Shown here: piece after piece, positions 63,650 to 64,000 of the stretch
Numbering within the stretch: the stretch's first letter is position 1
Layout of the letters: each line of letters begins with the position of its first letter
NCBI RefSeq assembly: GCF_964355755.1
Contig: NC_092670.1
Location: 36,568,388-36,632,387, forward strand
Reading direction: 5' to 3'
Length of the DNA stretch: 64,000 bases
Source of the DNA: Antedon mediterranea
Taxonomy: Eukaryota; Animalia; Echinodermata
The notes under the pieces: generated by a model
What the model saw: the letters and a program-made list of their open reading frames with translations, nothing else
Told to the model about the DNA's origin: nothing
Database searches by the model: none
Translations under genes and position numbers: made by a program

Positions 63650-64000
63650 TTACACGGGGAATGTACTTTCTACATTAAGGTGTGTTCACATTATCAAGCC
63701 CAAATCAGTTTGTTTATGGTGCGATGCGATTATATTATTACAACTTGATGACAAGACGGAATTGATGAAAACGTTGGGTTCCTCTGATCAATGTTAACAG
63801 CAAAAGTCAAATTCAAAGAATTGTAAATAAGGCCAGCAAAGTTATCGGTGTCGAAGTAAAAATTCTATAGATCATATGTTTAAAAAGTTAATAAACATAA
63901 AATTAATTCAAGTATATACAAGACTCAACCCATCCATTACACTCATATATTATTATTAGCAGATCAGGAAGGGCTAGATTGACACAGCAAACAATTTCCA
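63650..64000 (+). mobile_element. Decayed Rex1/Babar-like LINE ORF2 C-terminal fragment
   Basis: Translates QIQRIVNKASKVIGV ... DSTHPLH, then SRSGR.R; runs off the window end. Confidence 0.6.

Overview
AT-rich eukaryotic (animal) genomic DNA. A marine invertebrate, possibly an echinoderm, is suggested by the repeat repertoire and heavy TAGGCCTA enrichment; this is inference only. The window is almost entirely non-coding. One credible host coding exon lies at about 48625-49556 (+) and encodes a Ser-rich, low-complexity protein of unknown family. The rest is a dense mosaic of non-autonomous DNA transposons: several PIF/Harbinger-like MITE families (TWA target duplications), a Kolobok-like TTAA family, a P-like element with 7-bp TSD, a pogo/Tc1-like MITE, a four-copy TAG...CTA family with 9-bp TSDs and hairpin ends (AcademH-like), two Helentron-type non-autonomous elements and a Crypton-like palindromic element. 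Retroelement remnants include a Penelope-like GIY-YIG fragment, L2, CR1-group, RTE-X-like and Rex/Babar-like fragments and a tRNA-derived SINE. There are also minisatellites and tandem duplications. The most unusual spot is 21.4-22.9 kb, where a minimal hammerhead ribozyme, an inverted repeat pair, a tRNA-like gene with a Pol III terminator between two (TA)n tracts and a Penelope-like endonuclease fragment sit together. All calls are by eye, with no database searches; superfamily assignments rest on terminal motifs and TSD lengths.
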